Positions 19,063 through 29,129 of a DNA stretch of 64,000 nucleotides are shown piece by piece (position 1 is the first letter of the stretch; each line of letters starts with the position of its first letter). The notes under the pieces are model-generated. The model was not told the DNA's origin. It did no database searches and worked only from the letters and a program-made list of their open reading frames with translations. The DNA lies in the IMG/VR virus record IMGVR_UViG_2917752670_000006, positions 1,765-65,764 of that record. One strand, 5' to 3'. A program made the translations under genes and the position numbers. Source of the stretch: a virus. Its lineage: Duplodnaviria; Caudoviricetes.

Positions 19063-20346
19063 AACCTGCCTCCTCTCTGTGGCTGCTTGCTTTCAGGGTC
19101 ATTAGGGTCCTCCTCAGTCGTGGGTACGGGTTGGGTGGTGGCATACGCCCCGGCCGGGGACAGGGGCAGCATGTTGCCGTTGACCAAGTACAAGTCCCCG
19201 CCATCCTCAGGTTTGATGCGGTCAAGGTTTTCGAGCTCGCGGATGTCGTTGGCACTCATCCACCCGTTCTGCCTCGCTACCGCATAGCCCTGCATGCGGC
19301 TCGCGTAGTCGCCGCGGAGCAGGCCCTCAAGGTTGAACTTGACGAACACGCCAGCATCGCGGGGATCGAGCAGGGTTTTGGTTAGGGCTTGCTCCCAGCG
19401 GATCACCCACGGATCCAACGTGTATTTGACGAACTCGAGGGACTGCTGCTCGATGTTGGAAAACGAGCTCTTGTCGAGGTCGCCGATCATGTGGGGTGGG
19501 ATGCGGAAGATCCGGGCGATCTCACCCATCTGGAACTTGCGGGTCTGCAAGAACTGCGCCTGCTCAGGGGAAACCGAGATGGGTGTCTAACACGGCGATC
19601 TTGTTGCCGTTCCTTGCTCCACCGAACGTGGCGGTCCAGGATTCACGCACCCTGGAGGGGTCTTTGATCGTGCCTGGGTGTTCGAGCACCCCGCCGGGGG
19701 CAGCTCCGTTGGCGAAGAAGGATGCTCCGTAGTCTTCGCAGGCTTGGGCCATGCCGATCGCGTTTTTTGCTATCGCAATCGGCGAATAGCCAACCAGGCC
19801 GTCAAACCCCAGCCCCGGAATGTGCAGCACCTCGGAGGGTGGGAGTACGACGCGTTCGTACTCGGCCCTCGGTGGCTCCTCACTCGTGCGCTGGTACTCG
19901 TAGTAGAGTCGGCCCGCGCTATCGCGGCCCACCTGCATGCGGTTAGGCATCAATGGGTACAGGCCGATGACTTCGCCGCGGCCGTTGCGGATCACCTGCG
20001 CGTAGGCGTTGCCCCACAACAGCAGGTGGGTCATGAGGGTTTCCCGGAACACGAATGAGGTCATTTCCGGGTTCGGCTCGTCATGCAACAGGCGGTAGAG
20101 CGGATGGGAGATGGCTTTCTCTTTCCCGCCATCGGGGCGTGTTTGGTAGACGTGCAACGGTAGGCCCGTGATCGCCTCAGCCAGAATCCGCACACACGAG
20201 TACACGGCCGTCATCTGCATGGCGGTGCACTCGTTGACCGCCCTCCCAGAAGATGTAGGGCCGAACAGGAACGAGTACGAAGATCCAAGCGTGTGATTCC
20301 CGATCGGATCTTCCCAATCGCCACGCAACCAGTTCCAGAATCCCAT
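19059..20346 (-). pseudogene. HK97-family portal protein broken by a short deletion near 19590
   Basis: AVYSCVRILAE, EPNPEMTSF, GLGFDGLVGYSP; the usual EEGMKY stretch is missing before TPIS; C-terminal half is ORF 19059..19550. Confidence 0.9.
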
Positions 20347-20374
20347 AGACAGGTCTCCTTTCTATAATAGTGAG

Positions 20375-21019
20375 ATGGAACAGATGCACAGAAGCTTCAA
20401 AGATGCTTGGAGCAACGACACCACCCTGGTCTATCCTCCAAGCCCAGCGGAGGAGGGTGAACGTTGGTTTTTACGTACTCCGATAAATGCGGATCACAGT
20501 GAGGAGGTCGTGTTTATTGGGATGAATCCTTCTAAGGCCACAGCTCTCCAACAGAGAAATAAAGGTGGCGACCCAACGACAAAAGTTCTGTTGGATCATT
20601 TCCCTCTGGACGATCAAAACCGGCCCATTAATTGCAGACGTATTACAATCGTGAACCTCATTCCATTAGTCGCAGGAAGCAAAGAAAAGCTTCCTGATTG
20701 GAAGAAGTTTGATAAGCGTCTAGAAATTCTTGAATCGGTTGGAGTAACCTGCTTAGTTTTGCCTTCTATTTTGAACTCTGCAGACATCGTTATCCCCATG
20801 TGGGGCGACCCTCAAGCGTCTGATTACCCCTGGAAGAGATGCGTTCTGCCGATTGTTAAGCACCTTATGAAAGAGTGCCGCAAATTCAAGGATTTCAAGA
20901 TCCAAGGTTTTACTCACCCAACCAGGAGATTTCCCTACCACTGTTCACATTCCGAGAATGTTACGAAGTGGAGCAAAGACACATGGACAGATGACGCTTC
21001 CTTCGTTCTACAAGACTAA
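20375..21019 (+). CDS. DUF1643-like protein; low-GC moron between terL and portal
   Basis: FIGMNPS.A..DPT..IVNL..MWG; TATAAT (20363-20368) 6 nt before the ATG. Confidence 0.65.
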   Translation: MEQMHRSFKDAWSNDTTLVYPPSPAEEGERWFLRTPINADHSEEVVFIGMNPSKATALQQRNKGGDPTTKVLLDHFPLDDQNRPINCRRITIVNLIPLVAGSKEKLPDWKKFDKRLEILESVGVTCLVLPSILNSADIVIPMWGDPQASDYPWKRCVLPIVKHLMKECRKFKDFKIQGFTHPTRRFPYHCSHSENVTKWSKDTWTDDASFVLQD

Positions 21020-22618
21020 CAATCCGCGTTGGTCGTAGATAGATCCTGTCGATGCACCTGTACCGCATCGGATAGCTCGGTCCAGAGCCATGATGAGGGC
21101 GATGACGCCGTCGATCTTTTCGGTGCTCTTTTGTTTGTCGGGTTTGATGTTGCCGGCGGGGTCTTGCCGGATATGGATGTTGTCGACCATCCATGCCAGC
21201 ACCTTGTTCCCGCCATGCTGAATCTTGCCTTTGAGGGCGAGCTTCATCAGCTCCTTGCTCGGCGGGGACATGTCTTTGAAGCCTTGCCCGAAGGGGACGA
21301 CGGTGAAGCCCAGGGCGTCGAGGTTCTGGCTCATTTGCACTGCGCCCCACCGGTCGTAGGCGATCTCGCGAATGTCGTAGCGGGTGCCGAGTTCCTCAAT
21401 GAAGGCTTCGATCGCGGCGTAGTGGACGACGTTGCCTTCCGTGGTGTGCAGCAGGCCTTCGCGTTCCCACTGGTCGTAGGGCACGTGGTCACGGCTGACC
21501 CGCAGTTCGATGTTGTCCTCGGAGATCCAGAAGTGCGGCACTACCACATACGGCTCGGTCTCGTCCCTAGGTGGGAAGACGAGGACGAGGGCGGTGATGC
21601 CAGTAGTACTGGCCAGGTCCAGGCCGGCGTAACACACCCTGCCCTCCAAGGAGGCGGGGTCGATGGGAGTGCTGCCTTTGTCCCACAGGTGCATGGGCAT
21701 CCACCGGATCGACTGCTTCACCCACTGGTTGAGGCGCAGCTGTCTGAAGCTGTTTTCTTCGGCGGGGTTGATCCTTGCCGAGTGGGCGGCTGCCCGCACT
21801 TTGTCGATGGGCACGGTGATGTCCAGGCTTGGGTTGGCTTTGCGCCACACCGCCTCGTCCAGCCAGTCATCCTCAGGATTGGCCCCGTAGATCACCGAGT
21901 AGAACGTCGGATCATTCTTTTTGCCGTCCAGGATGTCGCGGGCTTTCTGGTGCTGCTCGAAACACACCGAGGCAGTATTCGTTCCTGCCGTGGTGATCAG
22001 GAAGTACAGCGGCTGGGTACGGGCATCACCCGAGCCTTTGGTCATGACGTCGAACAGGGCCCGGTTGGGTTGGGTGTGTAGCTCATCGAAGACGACCCCG
22101 GAGATGTTGAAGCCGTGCTTGGAGCAGGCCTCAGCGGAAAGCACCTGGTAGAAGGAGTTGGTTGGGGTGTAGACGATGCGCTTTTGGGAGGCCAGGATTT
22201 TCACCCGTCTGGCCAGCGGTGGACACAGCCTCACCATGTCGGCAGCAACCTCGAAGACGATGCTCGCTTGCTGGCGGTCTGCCGCACACCCATACACCTC
22301 GGCACGCTCCTCACCGTCCGCGCAGGTGAGCAGCAGGGCGATTGCGGCAGCGAGCTCGCTTTTGCCTCGCTTTTTGGGGATTTCGACGTAGGCGGTGGTG
22401 AACTGGCGGTAGCCGTCGGGCTTGATGGTGCCGAACAGGTCGCGCACGATTCTCTCCTGCCAGCCCAGCAGCTCAAAAGGCTTGCCCGCCCAGCGGCCCT
22501 TGGTGTGTTTGAGGGCTTGGATGAAGGCGACCGCGTAGTCGGCTTTGCGCTTGTCGTAGTGGGAGCCCTCATCCATGAACCGGGTCGGCACATAAGCGTC
22601 CGTGCTGGTGCTGGTCAT
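21008..22618 (-). CDS. terL: Terminase large subunit
   Basis: Walker A IPKKRGKSEL, Walker B VVFDELH, LDLAST, KIDGVIALIMA. Confidence 0.95.
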   Translation of the reverse strand: MTSTSTDAYVPTRFMDEGSHYDKRKADYAVAFIQALKHTKGRWAGKPFELLGWQERIVRDLFGTIKPDGYRQFTTAYVEIPKKRGKSELAAAIALLLTCADGEERAEVYGCAADRQQASIVFEVAADMVRLCPPLARRVKILASQKRIVYTPTNSFYQVLSAEACSKHGFNISGVVFDELHTQPNRALFDVMTKGSGDARTQPLYFLITTAGTNTASVCFEQHQKARDILDGKKNDPTFYSVIYGANPEDDWLDEAVWRKANPSLDITVPIDKVRAAAHSARINPAEENSFRQLRLNQWVKQSIRWMPMHLWDKGSTPIDPASLEGRVCYAGLDLASTTGITALVLVFPPRDETEPYVVVPHFWISEDNIELRVSRDHVPYDQWEREGLLHTTEGNVVHYAAIEAFIEELGTRYDIREIAYDRWGAVQMSQNLDALGFTVVPFGQGFKDMSPPSKELMKLALKGKIQHGGNKVLAWMVDNIHIRQDPAGNIKPDKQKSTEKIDGVIALIMALDRAIRCGTGASTGSIYDQRGLLVL

Positions 22619-22689
22619 GGTGGTTCTCCCTTCTGGGGTACAGGCAAACGCCCCAGGAGCGTGGGCTCGTGGGGCGCGAGGCGTGGCGG

Positions 22690-23004
22690 TTAGGCGTTGT
22701 GGTTGGCCAGGGGCCCAGCGAGGGCTACCTGGAGTGCTTGGATCATGGTTTGGGCGTTGTTCAGGGCGATGACCAGCTCGGTGGTCTGCATCGGGGTCAG
22801 CGCCCCAAAGCTGGTGGTCTGGATCGTCCATTGCCCGTCCGTGTAGTACAGGGCGGGAATGTAGGAGGTCGGGTCGGTGGGGATGACCTCGATTGGCCGG
22901 TGGGTATCGGCGGTGTTGATCCGGTGGACCGTGTAACCAAGCTTCGTTGCGTGGCGGATCAGTTCGGCGGTGTTGGCCTTGGCGGTGGTGTTCAAGGTGT
23001 TCAT
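22690..23004 (-). CDS. Small hypothetical protein (cassette 1)
   Basis: AAGGAG RBS; downstream of repeat 23044-23128. Confidence 0.65.
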   Translation of the reverse strand: MNTLNTTAKANTAELIRHATKLGYTVHRINTADTHRPIEVIPTDPTSYIPALYYTDGQWTIQTTSFGALTPMQTTELVIALNNAQTMIQALQVALAGPLANHNA

Positions 23005-23043
23005 AGCCAGGCTCCTTGTCGTGCGTTTCGGTGGTTGTTTGGT

Positions 23044-23128
23044 CATGTACATACAGCCATACCCACCCGCACATATCCAGCCGTTTTGCCTGATATTCCG
23101 CGGTTTTCTAGAGGGAATCATCTCTATG
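23044..23128 (-). promoter_or_regulatory. Repeated cassette promoter/operator, copy 1
   Basis: CATGTACATACAGCCATA..TATCCAG.. plus AGAGGGAATCATCTCT. Confidence 0.75.
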
Positions 23129-23197
23129 GCCTTGCCTCGTTTTACCTCGTGTACGAGGCGTGGCCCCACCGTGGCGGGGCCGTGGAGCCGGGGCTGG

Positions 23198-23581
23198 TTA
23201 GCGGGCGGCGGGGCGGAAGGCGTAGCAGCCCTCGTCCTCGTGGGTGCGGATCCAGGCTTTGGCCTCCCATTCGTTGGCCAGGCGGATCCCGGTTGCGTGC
23301 TTGCCTTCCCGGGTGAACTCGATGATCTCGACTTCTCCGCCCTCCCAGGCGATCTCGGTATGTCCGGCGCTGCCTGCCTGCTGGCCGGCGATGAACGCGG
23401 CGGTCAGGGCGTCCTTGAGGCTCCAGACGCTGACCTCGACGAAGTCCAGGCTGTCGGCCCCGTGGGTTTCCAGGGTGTCGACCTCGACCAGCTGGCTGGT
23501 GGCGATCTGGGTGAGCAGGGCGGTCAGGTCGGTTTCGCTGATCGCGGCCTTGGAGCTCTTGCGGGTGATTGTGCGTGCCAT
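23198..23581 (-). CDS. DUF6900-like protein (cassette 2)
   Basis: DTLETHGADSLDFVEVSVWSLKDALTAAF; AAAGGA RBS. Confidence 0.7.
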   Translation of the reverse strand: MARTITRKSSKAAISETDLTALLTQIATSQLVEVDTLETHGADSLDFVEVSVWSLKDALTAAFIAGQQAGSAGHTEIAWEGGEVEIIEFTREGKHATGIRLANEWEAKAWIRTHEDEGCYAFRPAAR

Positions 23582-23618
23582 TGTCGTTGTCCTTTCGGTG
23601 TGGCTGTCGTTGTTTTGT

Positions 23619-23703
23619 CATGTACATACAGCCATAGACGCGGCACACTATCCAGCTGGTTTTACCTGATAATCCGGGGTTTTCTTGAGATCATCATCTC
23701 TAT
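23619..23703 (-). promoter_or_regulatory. Repeated cassette promoter/operator, copy 2
   Basis: Same 18-bp core plus TATCCAG plus TGAGATCATCATCTCT. Confidence 0.75.
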
Positions 23704-23784
23704 GATCAGGCATCGTTCTCACCCCGTGTACGAGGTACGGCCCCGCCATCGGGGGCCGGTCTTCTCGCCTGCAGGCAAAGGGGT

Positions 23785-24084
23785 TTAGCGGGCGAGGATC
23801 ATGCCCATCGCCCAGGCCCCGGCCTCAGCCTGGCTGGTGAAATCCTCGTGGTCCTCAGTCGAGCTGATCGCCAGGTGGATCGGGGCCGTCTCGCCGCGCT
23901 CGGCGGTGGTGTAGCGGTAGCAGAAAGCCTGGTATCCCATGGCCTCGCGCTCGAAGTTCCAGGCCCAGCGGGTGGCGATGATCCACTCACCGACCGGCAT
24001 CATGTTGCCCTGGAAGCGGGTGGCCTTCTTCAGGGCCTTCTCGGTGGCCGGGCGGGTCATCTCGGCAAGAATCTCGGTGTTCAT
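23785..24084 (-). CDS. Small hypothetical protein (cassette 3)
   Basis: GGAAGGA RBS; downstream of repeat 24123-24203. Confidence 0.7.
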   Translation of the reverse strand: MNTEILAEMTRPATEKALKKATRFQGNMMPVGEWIIATRWAWNFEREAMGYQAFCYRYTTAERGETAPIHLAISSTEDHEDFTSQAEAGAWAMGMILAR

Positions 24085-24122
24085 TTCGGGGCTTCCTTCC
24101 TGGTGCGGCTGGTGTTTTCTTG

Positions 24123-24203
24123 CATGTACATACAGCCATACCCCCGCCCGTATATCCAGTCGTTTTGCCTGGTATTCCGGGAAAAATAGAGATGCTTATC
24201 TCT
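24123..24203 (-). promoter_or_regulatory. Repeated cassette promoter/operator, copy 3
   Basis: Same core plus palindrome AGAGATGCTTATCTCT. Confidence 0.75.
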
Positions 24204-24210
24204 GCGCGTG

Positions 24211-24409
24211 TCAGCCCAGCACCGTGTAGTGGTCCACTTCGGGGATGAGCCCCCAGGGAACTGCCGTTGTCCCAGGCGACGTGGATCGTGCCCAAGGAGT
24301 CGACCACGATGACTTCGCCTTCCATCCCAGCTCGCAGACCTGCTTCCGTGTCACTGTCACCCAGCAGCCGGATCCGGCAGCCCGGGCGGACACCCAGGCC
24401 CTCCTGCAC
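24211..24409 (-). pseudogene. DUF4314-like protein, frameshifted near 24253
   Basis: G.EGEV..VDSLGTIHVAWDNGSSLG continues as LIPEVD in another frame. Confidence 0.7.
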
Positions 24410-25072
24410 TGCAGGGGTCTTAGGGGCTGGTGGGGTGCGCCAGGCCCCGTTGCCCTCAGGCGTCTGGTGAGTGCCCGGCGGGTGGTCTTGTGCTCATCGC
24501 CGGTAAGCCCCAGCCGGTTCAGGAAGGTTCGCATGGCGTAGCGGTCATTGTCATCTTGTGGGGGCGCGCCCCCGCACCCGGCGGGCTGTCTTGGCCATCG
24601 CGACCAGTGCGGCGATGAAGTCCTGACAGGCGGATGCGACCTCGGCATCCGGCAGGGTGGTAAACCAGGCGAAGCGCGCCACCAGGCCCGCATCCTCATG
24701 CCGGATGTATTCCACGCCTGCAGGTGCCGGGAGGGTTAGTGCTCTGGCGATCAGTGGCCCGTAGGCGCGCATGAGGGCTGTGAGGTTGTCCCGGCCCTGC
24801 TCGCCCAATTCGGCGGCTGGCACCATGATCGCCAGCCCCACCTCCTCCGCAGGGGCGGTGATCGTGACCCCGCGGCTGGCGAGCACCTGACGGAGCTGTT
24901 CGGTTAGTTCGGGGCCTTCAAGGCGCGCATCGCGAGTAAGCAGCCAGTGGCCGATCTGGTAGGCCATGCTCGGTGCCTTCAAATAGCTAGCCTCAGTCCC
25001 CGCGGCCTGGGCGATGAGCTTGGCGACCTCTGCGCGGCGGGTGGTGGCGGGCAGGGTGAGCGTGTAGTCCAT
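24400..25072 (-). pseudogene. Phage 'virulence-related' protein family, frameshifted near 24570
   Basis: YLKAPSMAYQIG, LIARAL, FAWF; DNDRYAMRTFLNRLGL lies in a second frame. Confidence 0.65.
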
Positions 25073-25100
25073 GGTGTCCTCCAATGTGTGGGTTGCCGTG

Positions 25101-25174
25101 TCTATACACGCTCACCTTTGCCCTACATATCAAGCAAAAACCCGCCCCAGGGCTACACAGAGATGATGATCTCT
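25101..25174 (-). promoter_or_regulatory. Variant cassette promoter with palindrome AGAGATGATGATCTCT
   Basis: CTTGAT..GAGCG, similar to 3668-3697; palindrome at 25159-25174. Confidence 0.55.
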
Positions 25175-26408
25175 AGGGTGCTTGCTCAACCTGTTTGACC
25201 AGGTCGAGGAAGCTGCCACGCTCACATCGCACTCCAGCGGCATCCCCGGTGTGTTCCACGTAGCGGCGAAGGATCACCGAGGCGTACTTGGGGTCGAGCT
25301 CCATGCAATACGCGACCCGCTCGGTCTGCTCCGCAGCGATCAAAGTGGAACCTGATCCGGCAAACGGGTCGAGCACGATGGCGTTTGGCTGGGTGGAGTT
25401 GCCCATCGGGTAGGCCAGCAGATCCACCGGCTTGCTCGTGGGGTGGTTCTTGGAGCGTTTGGGCTTGGCGAACTGCCACACGGTGGTCTGCTTGCGATCC
25501 GCATACCAGGCGTGCTTGCCGCCGCTCTTCCATCCGAACAGGCAAGGTTCGTGCTGCCACTGGTACGGGGAGCGTCCCAGGACCAGGGAGGCTTTGACCC
25601 AGATGCAGCAGCCCGAGAGCTTGAAGCCCGCATCGATGAAGGCCCGGCGAAACGCCAGGCCCTCGGTGTCCGCGTGGAACACGTAAGCCGATGCGCCCGG
25701 TGCCATCACTGCGGCTGCGGCGGTGAAGGAGTCGAGCAGGAACTGGTAGAAGGCGTCCGCCTCCATCTTGTCGTTCTTAATCGACAGACCAGACGCGGAG
25801 CGGAAGTCGACGTTGTAGGGCGGGTCTGTCAGCAGCAGGTTCGCGCTCTTGCCTCCCATGAGGGCTTCGAGGTTCTCGCTCTGGGTGGCGTCGGCGCACA
25901 TGAGCCGGTGCCGCCCCACCTGCCAGATATCGCCCTCCTCTACGAAGGTGGCCTGCTCAAGTGCGGCATCCAGATCAAACCCATCATCGTGCGCCTCGGC
26001 CTCATCGAGGGAGCCGATCATTGCCTGGATCTCTGCCTCGTCGAAGCCGGTGAGCTCGGCGTCGAAATCGCTGGCGTCCAGGTCAGCGATCAGCAAGGCG
26101 AGCTTGGACTCATCCCACTCGCCGCTGATCTTGTTCAGCGCAATGTTGAGGGCTTTCTCGCGGGCCTCGTCGAGCTCGACCACCACGCAGTCCACGCTCT
26201 CAAAACCCAAGTCTGCAAGGACTTTCAGGCGCTGGTGGCCGCCCACAACGTGGCCTGTGGTCTTGTTCCAGATCACCGGCTCCACATACCCGAACTCGGC
26301 AAGCGACCGCTTGAGCTACTCGTACTCGGCGTCTCCGGGCTGCAGGTCTTTGCGGGGGTTGTAGTCGGCAGGAGTGAGCTCAGAAAGGGTAAGCCGGCGC
26401 ATATCCAC
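25173..26408 (-). pseudogene. ParB-N + N6/N4 DNA methyltransferase with in-frame TAG at 26316-26318
   Basis: YNPRKDL..YE*LKRSL; GGHQR; DPPYN; HPTSKP; DPFAGSGST. Confidence 0.9.
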
Positions 26409-27564
26409 GGGTCTTGACCTCCTCCTTGAGCTTGTATCCGTAGGAGTACGGGGAGTTCCACCACGAGGAGGTGGTGAAGTGTCCGTAGGTGGAGTGCTCA
26501 GCAAAGACGGGACGGCGAAGCCGAAGCTGCTCGATGATCGCTTCAGGCCGCAGGTCAAACACCGCCCGCACCGCATCCGCGATCACCTCATCGGGCACCC
26601 GGCCACTGCCGCGCGTGTCCACCGTGACTGCCACCGGGCCGGCCTTGCCGATCGCGTAGCTGATCCCCACGATCGCCTCGTCGGCCAGGCGGGCGTCGAT
26701 AATGGCCAGAGCGATCAGGCGCGCCATGTAGGCCGCCGAGCGGTCAACCTTGGTGGCATCCTTCCCGCTAAACGCCCCACCACCATGGGGCGCCAGGCCC
26801 CCGTAGGTGTCGACTGCGAGCTTGCGGCCAGTCAGGCCCGTGTCTGCTGCGGGCCCGCCCAGAGTGAAAGGCCCGGCCGGGTTGACCAACACGAGCGTGT
26901 CCTCATCAATGTGCAGGTCGTGGCGTGCCAGGGCTGGGGCGATGACCTGGGTGCGCACCGTGCGACGCAGCGCCTCAAGGCTGGTGTCCTTCATGTGTTG
27001 GATGGACACCACCACCGCTTCCACACCTACGGCCTGTCCGTCCTTGTAGCGCAGGGAGACCTGGGCCTTGCCATCGCAGCCGATACCCCGGATGGTGCCC
27101 TCAGCACGGGCCTTGTCCAGGCGACGACACATGTCATGAGCCAGAACCAAAGGTAGGGGCAGGTGCTCCCGGGTCTCAGCGGTGGCGTAACCGTACACGG
27201 TTCCCTGATCACCCGCACCCAAGCCCACATAGGCGGACTCCTCACCGCCACGTGCCTCCAGGGAGGTGTTCACGCCTGCGGCGATATCGGGTGACTGGGA
27301 ATGTGTATGTATATTCACCCGCCACCCAAAGGGTGCATAGCCTGCGCGGATCAGGGCGCGACGCACGCTCTCACGTACACGCACGCGCGCACTCGAGGTG
27401 ATCTCCCCGGCAACAATGATGCGGCCCTTGGTGGCCATGACCTCCACCGCGCAGCGCGCGGAGGGGTCCTCGAAGAGCAGGTCGTCGAGGATGGTGTCGG
27501 CGATCAGGTCGCACAGCTTGTCCGGGTGGCCGATGCACGTCGACTCACAGGTACGGATATCCAT
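26380..27564 (-). CDS. metK: S-adenosylmethionine synthetase (phage copy)
   Basis: GHPDKLCD, GAGDQG, DGKAQV, DTGLTGRK, GGGAFSGKD.TKVDRS. Confidence 0.95.
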   Translation of the reverse strand: MDIRTCESTCIGHPDKLCDLIADTILDDLLFEDPSARCAVEVMATKGRIIVAGEITSSARVRVRESVRRALIRAGYAPFGWRVNIHTHSQSPDIAAGVNTSLEARGGEESAYVGLGAGDQGTVYGYATAETREHLPLPLVLAHDMCRRLDKARAEGTIRGIGCDGKAQVSLRYKDGQAVGVEAVVVSIQHMKDTSLEALRRTVRTQVIAPALARHDLHIDEDTLVLVNPAGPFTLGGPAADTGLTGRKLAVDTYGGLAPHGGGAFSGKDATKVDRSAAYMARLIALAIIDARLADEAIVGISYAIGKAGPVAVTVDTRGSGRVPDEVIADAVRAVFDLRPEAIIEQLRLRRPVFAEHSTYGHFTTSSWWNSPYSYGYKLKEEVKTRGYAPAYPF

Positions 27565-27601
27565 GGGTGGGTACTCCTTCACGTTGAGGGGTTGGGATAA
27601 C

Positions 27602-27635
27602 AAAGCCCCACCACCCGAGAACCGGGTGTGGGGCG
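27602..27635 (-). terminator. Hairpin/terminator between terS and metK
   Basis: GCCCCAC..CCCG / CGGG..GTGGGGC followed by TTT. Confidence 0.5.
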
Positions 27636-27660
27636 AAACAAGGGGGCTGGCGGTCGTGTG

Positions 27661-28236
27661 CTAGGTGCGGGACTGCAGCAGGCGTTCCATCAGGTCATCA
27701 CCCGGCGAGCTGCCTGCGTATTCGCGGGTGGAGGTGGCGCGCACGATCTCGTAGATCTCGTACCAATACACGTTCGCCTGCTTCGAGAAACTCTGGCTCA
27801 TGGCCACGAACGGGGAGGCGATCGCAGCACCCGTCGTCGGGTGCTTGCCCAACAGGCCGAACTTAGAGATCGCTTCCTCGCACTGGATGTAGCGGGCAAA
27901 CGCCTGCGCATACGCCTCAATCAGGCGGGGCGACACAAACGAGGCGACCCCGCGGGCATCCAGCCACGCCCAGGTCTCCCGGAACAGCTCACCGGCCAAC
28001 AGCGGCTGCCCATCACGCTGGGTGGCGGACAGGTAGGCCGACGGCTCCGGTATGGTCTCACCCTCAAGCACCGCACCATCGCCCACGTCACCGCCGTCCA
28101 GGCCGAAAGGGTCAAGGTCTGCGGGTTCAAGCAGGCGGGAGGCGGGCTTACCAGCCTCGAGCTTGTCCTTGAGTGGGTCAGGTTTCGCGCCTGCTCGCAC
28201 GCGCCTGCCGCCACGATTCGTGCCGTCCTTCGCCAT
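27661..28236 (-). CDS. terS: Terminase small subunit (P27-like)
   Basis: MAKDGTNRGGRR.RAG.K; R(Y)IQCEEAIS..KHPTTG..ASPFV; DDLMERLL. Confidence 0.85.
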   Translation of the reverse strand: MAKDGTNRGGRRVRAGAKPDPLKDKLEAGKPASRLLEPADLDPFGLDGGDVGDGAVLEGETIPEPSAYLSATQRDGQPLLAGELFRETWAWLDARGVASFVSPRLIEAYAQAFARYIQCEEAISKFGLLGKHPTTGAAIASPFVAMSQSFSKQANVYWYEIYEIVRATSTREYAGSSPGDDLMERLLQSRT

Positions 28237-28348
28237 GATGCATACTCCTTGCAGGTTCACTCGGTCGCGGCCACGAGCTGTGGGCTGTCAGGCGGGTTAG
28301 GGTGGCGCTACATCGCCCCGCTGCCCACAGAATTGGTGACCCCATCGG

Positions 28349-28540
28349 ATGCCGCTAAACAACGAGCCTGAGCCCGTGCCGCTCGCTGTCTACTTCCTTG
28401 TTGCTCTCGCCGGCATGGCCCTCTGTCTAGGTGCCGGTGCAGCAATCAGTGGCGTGCCCGTGATCGGCATTGCCAAGACGTACTGGCCCATCGGCCTGAT
28501 CTTCCTCGCATACCTCACCTGGAAGATCTATCGGCACTGA
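28349..28540 (+). CDS. Small membrane protein (moron)
   Basis: 63 aa with two hydrophobic helices. Confidence 0.45.
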   Translation: MPLNNEPEPVPLAVYFLVALAGMALCLGAGAAISGVPVIGIAKTYWPIGLIFLAYLTWKIYRH

Positions 28541-28622
28541 CCGTGGGCGGGGGTTGTAAGACACTTGCGTGCAACCGCGCCGATGGCGTCAGCCCCAAAC
28601 CTACCTACGTCTATATGTGGCG

Positions 28623-29111
28623 TCAGTTGGCGCCCACCAACCGCCTGAGCCGGTCATCGAGGGGCTCGTCGTGGGAGAAGATCACCTTGCCGTCAAAGGT
28701 GATCGTGATGTGGGCGAAGAACTGAGTACTGGGATCGGCCTGAGTGGTCGCGCTCTTCCCGTCAGTCCACTGCACATCGACGTCATCGGCGTGCAGTGGG
28801 GCGTCGACATTCACCTTGTACAGGTGGGGGTCATCTGCGCCGTTGGAGGGGCTCTGATATGAGTCAATCCATACTGTTGATCCTTGCTGATAAACATCAA
28901 CGTGATTCAACGCTGTAGGGAAACCCGAGGTCTGGGAAGCGACCAATGTGCCGAACGGACGAATGTGAACCGCACCGAACAGCATCGTGTTCGATCGGAA
29001 ATGCAGATACCCCCAGGCGGTCAGGCTTAGCGCCAGGAGAAATACTCCCAGCGCCAGCCTGACCCGCCGTGGGGACAGCACCTTCACATGACTATGCTGT
29101 GGATCGGCCAT
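28623..29111 (-). CDS. Membrane-anchored protein downstream of the DUF1906 gene
   Basis: N-terminal TM helix; directly follows the gene ending at 29130. Confidence 0.65.
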   Translation of the reverse strand: MADPQHSHVKVLSPRRVRLALGVFLLALSLTAWGYLHFRSNTMLFGAVHIRPFGTLVASQTSGFPTALNHVDVYQQGSTVWIDSYQSPSNGADDPHLYKVNVDAPLHADDVDVQWTDGKSATTQADPSTQFFAHITITFDGKVIFSHDEPLDDRLRRLVGAN

Positions 29112-29129
29112 GCTCGCAATTCTAGCGGT

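Noticed and set aside
23044-24203. CRISPR array or integron attC sites
   Set aside because: Repeats are ~85 bp, separated by whole genes, and look like promoter/operators; no cas genes or integron integrase
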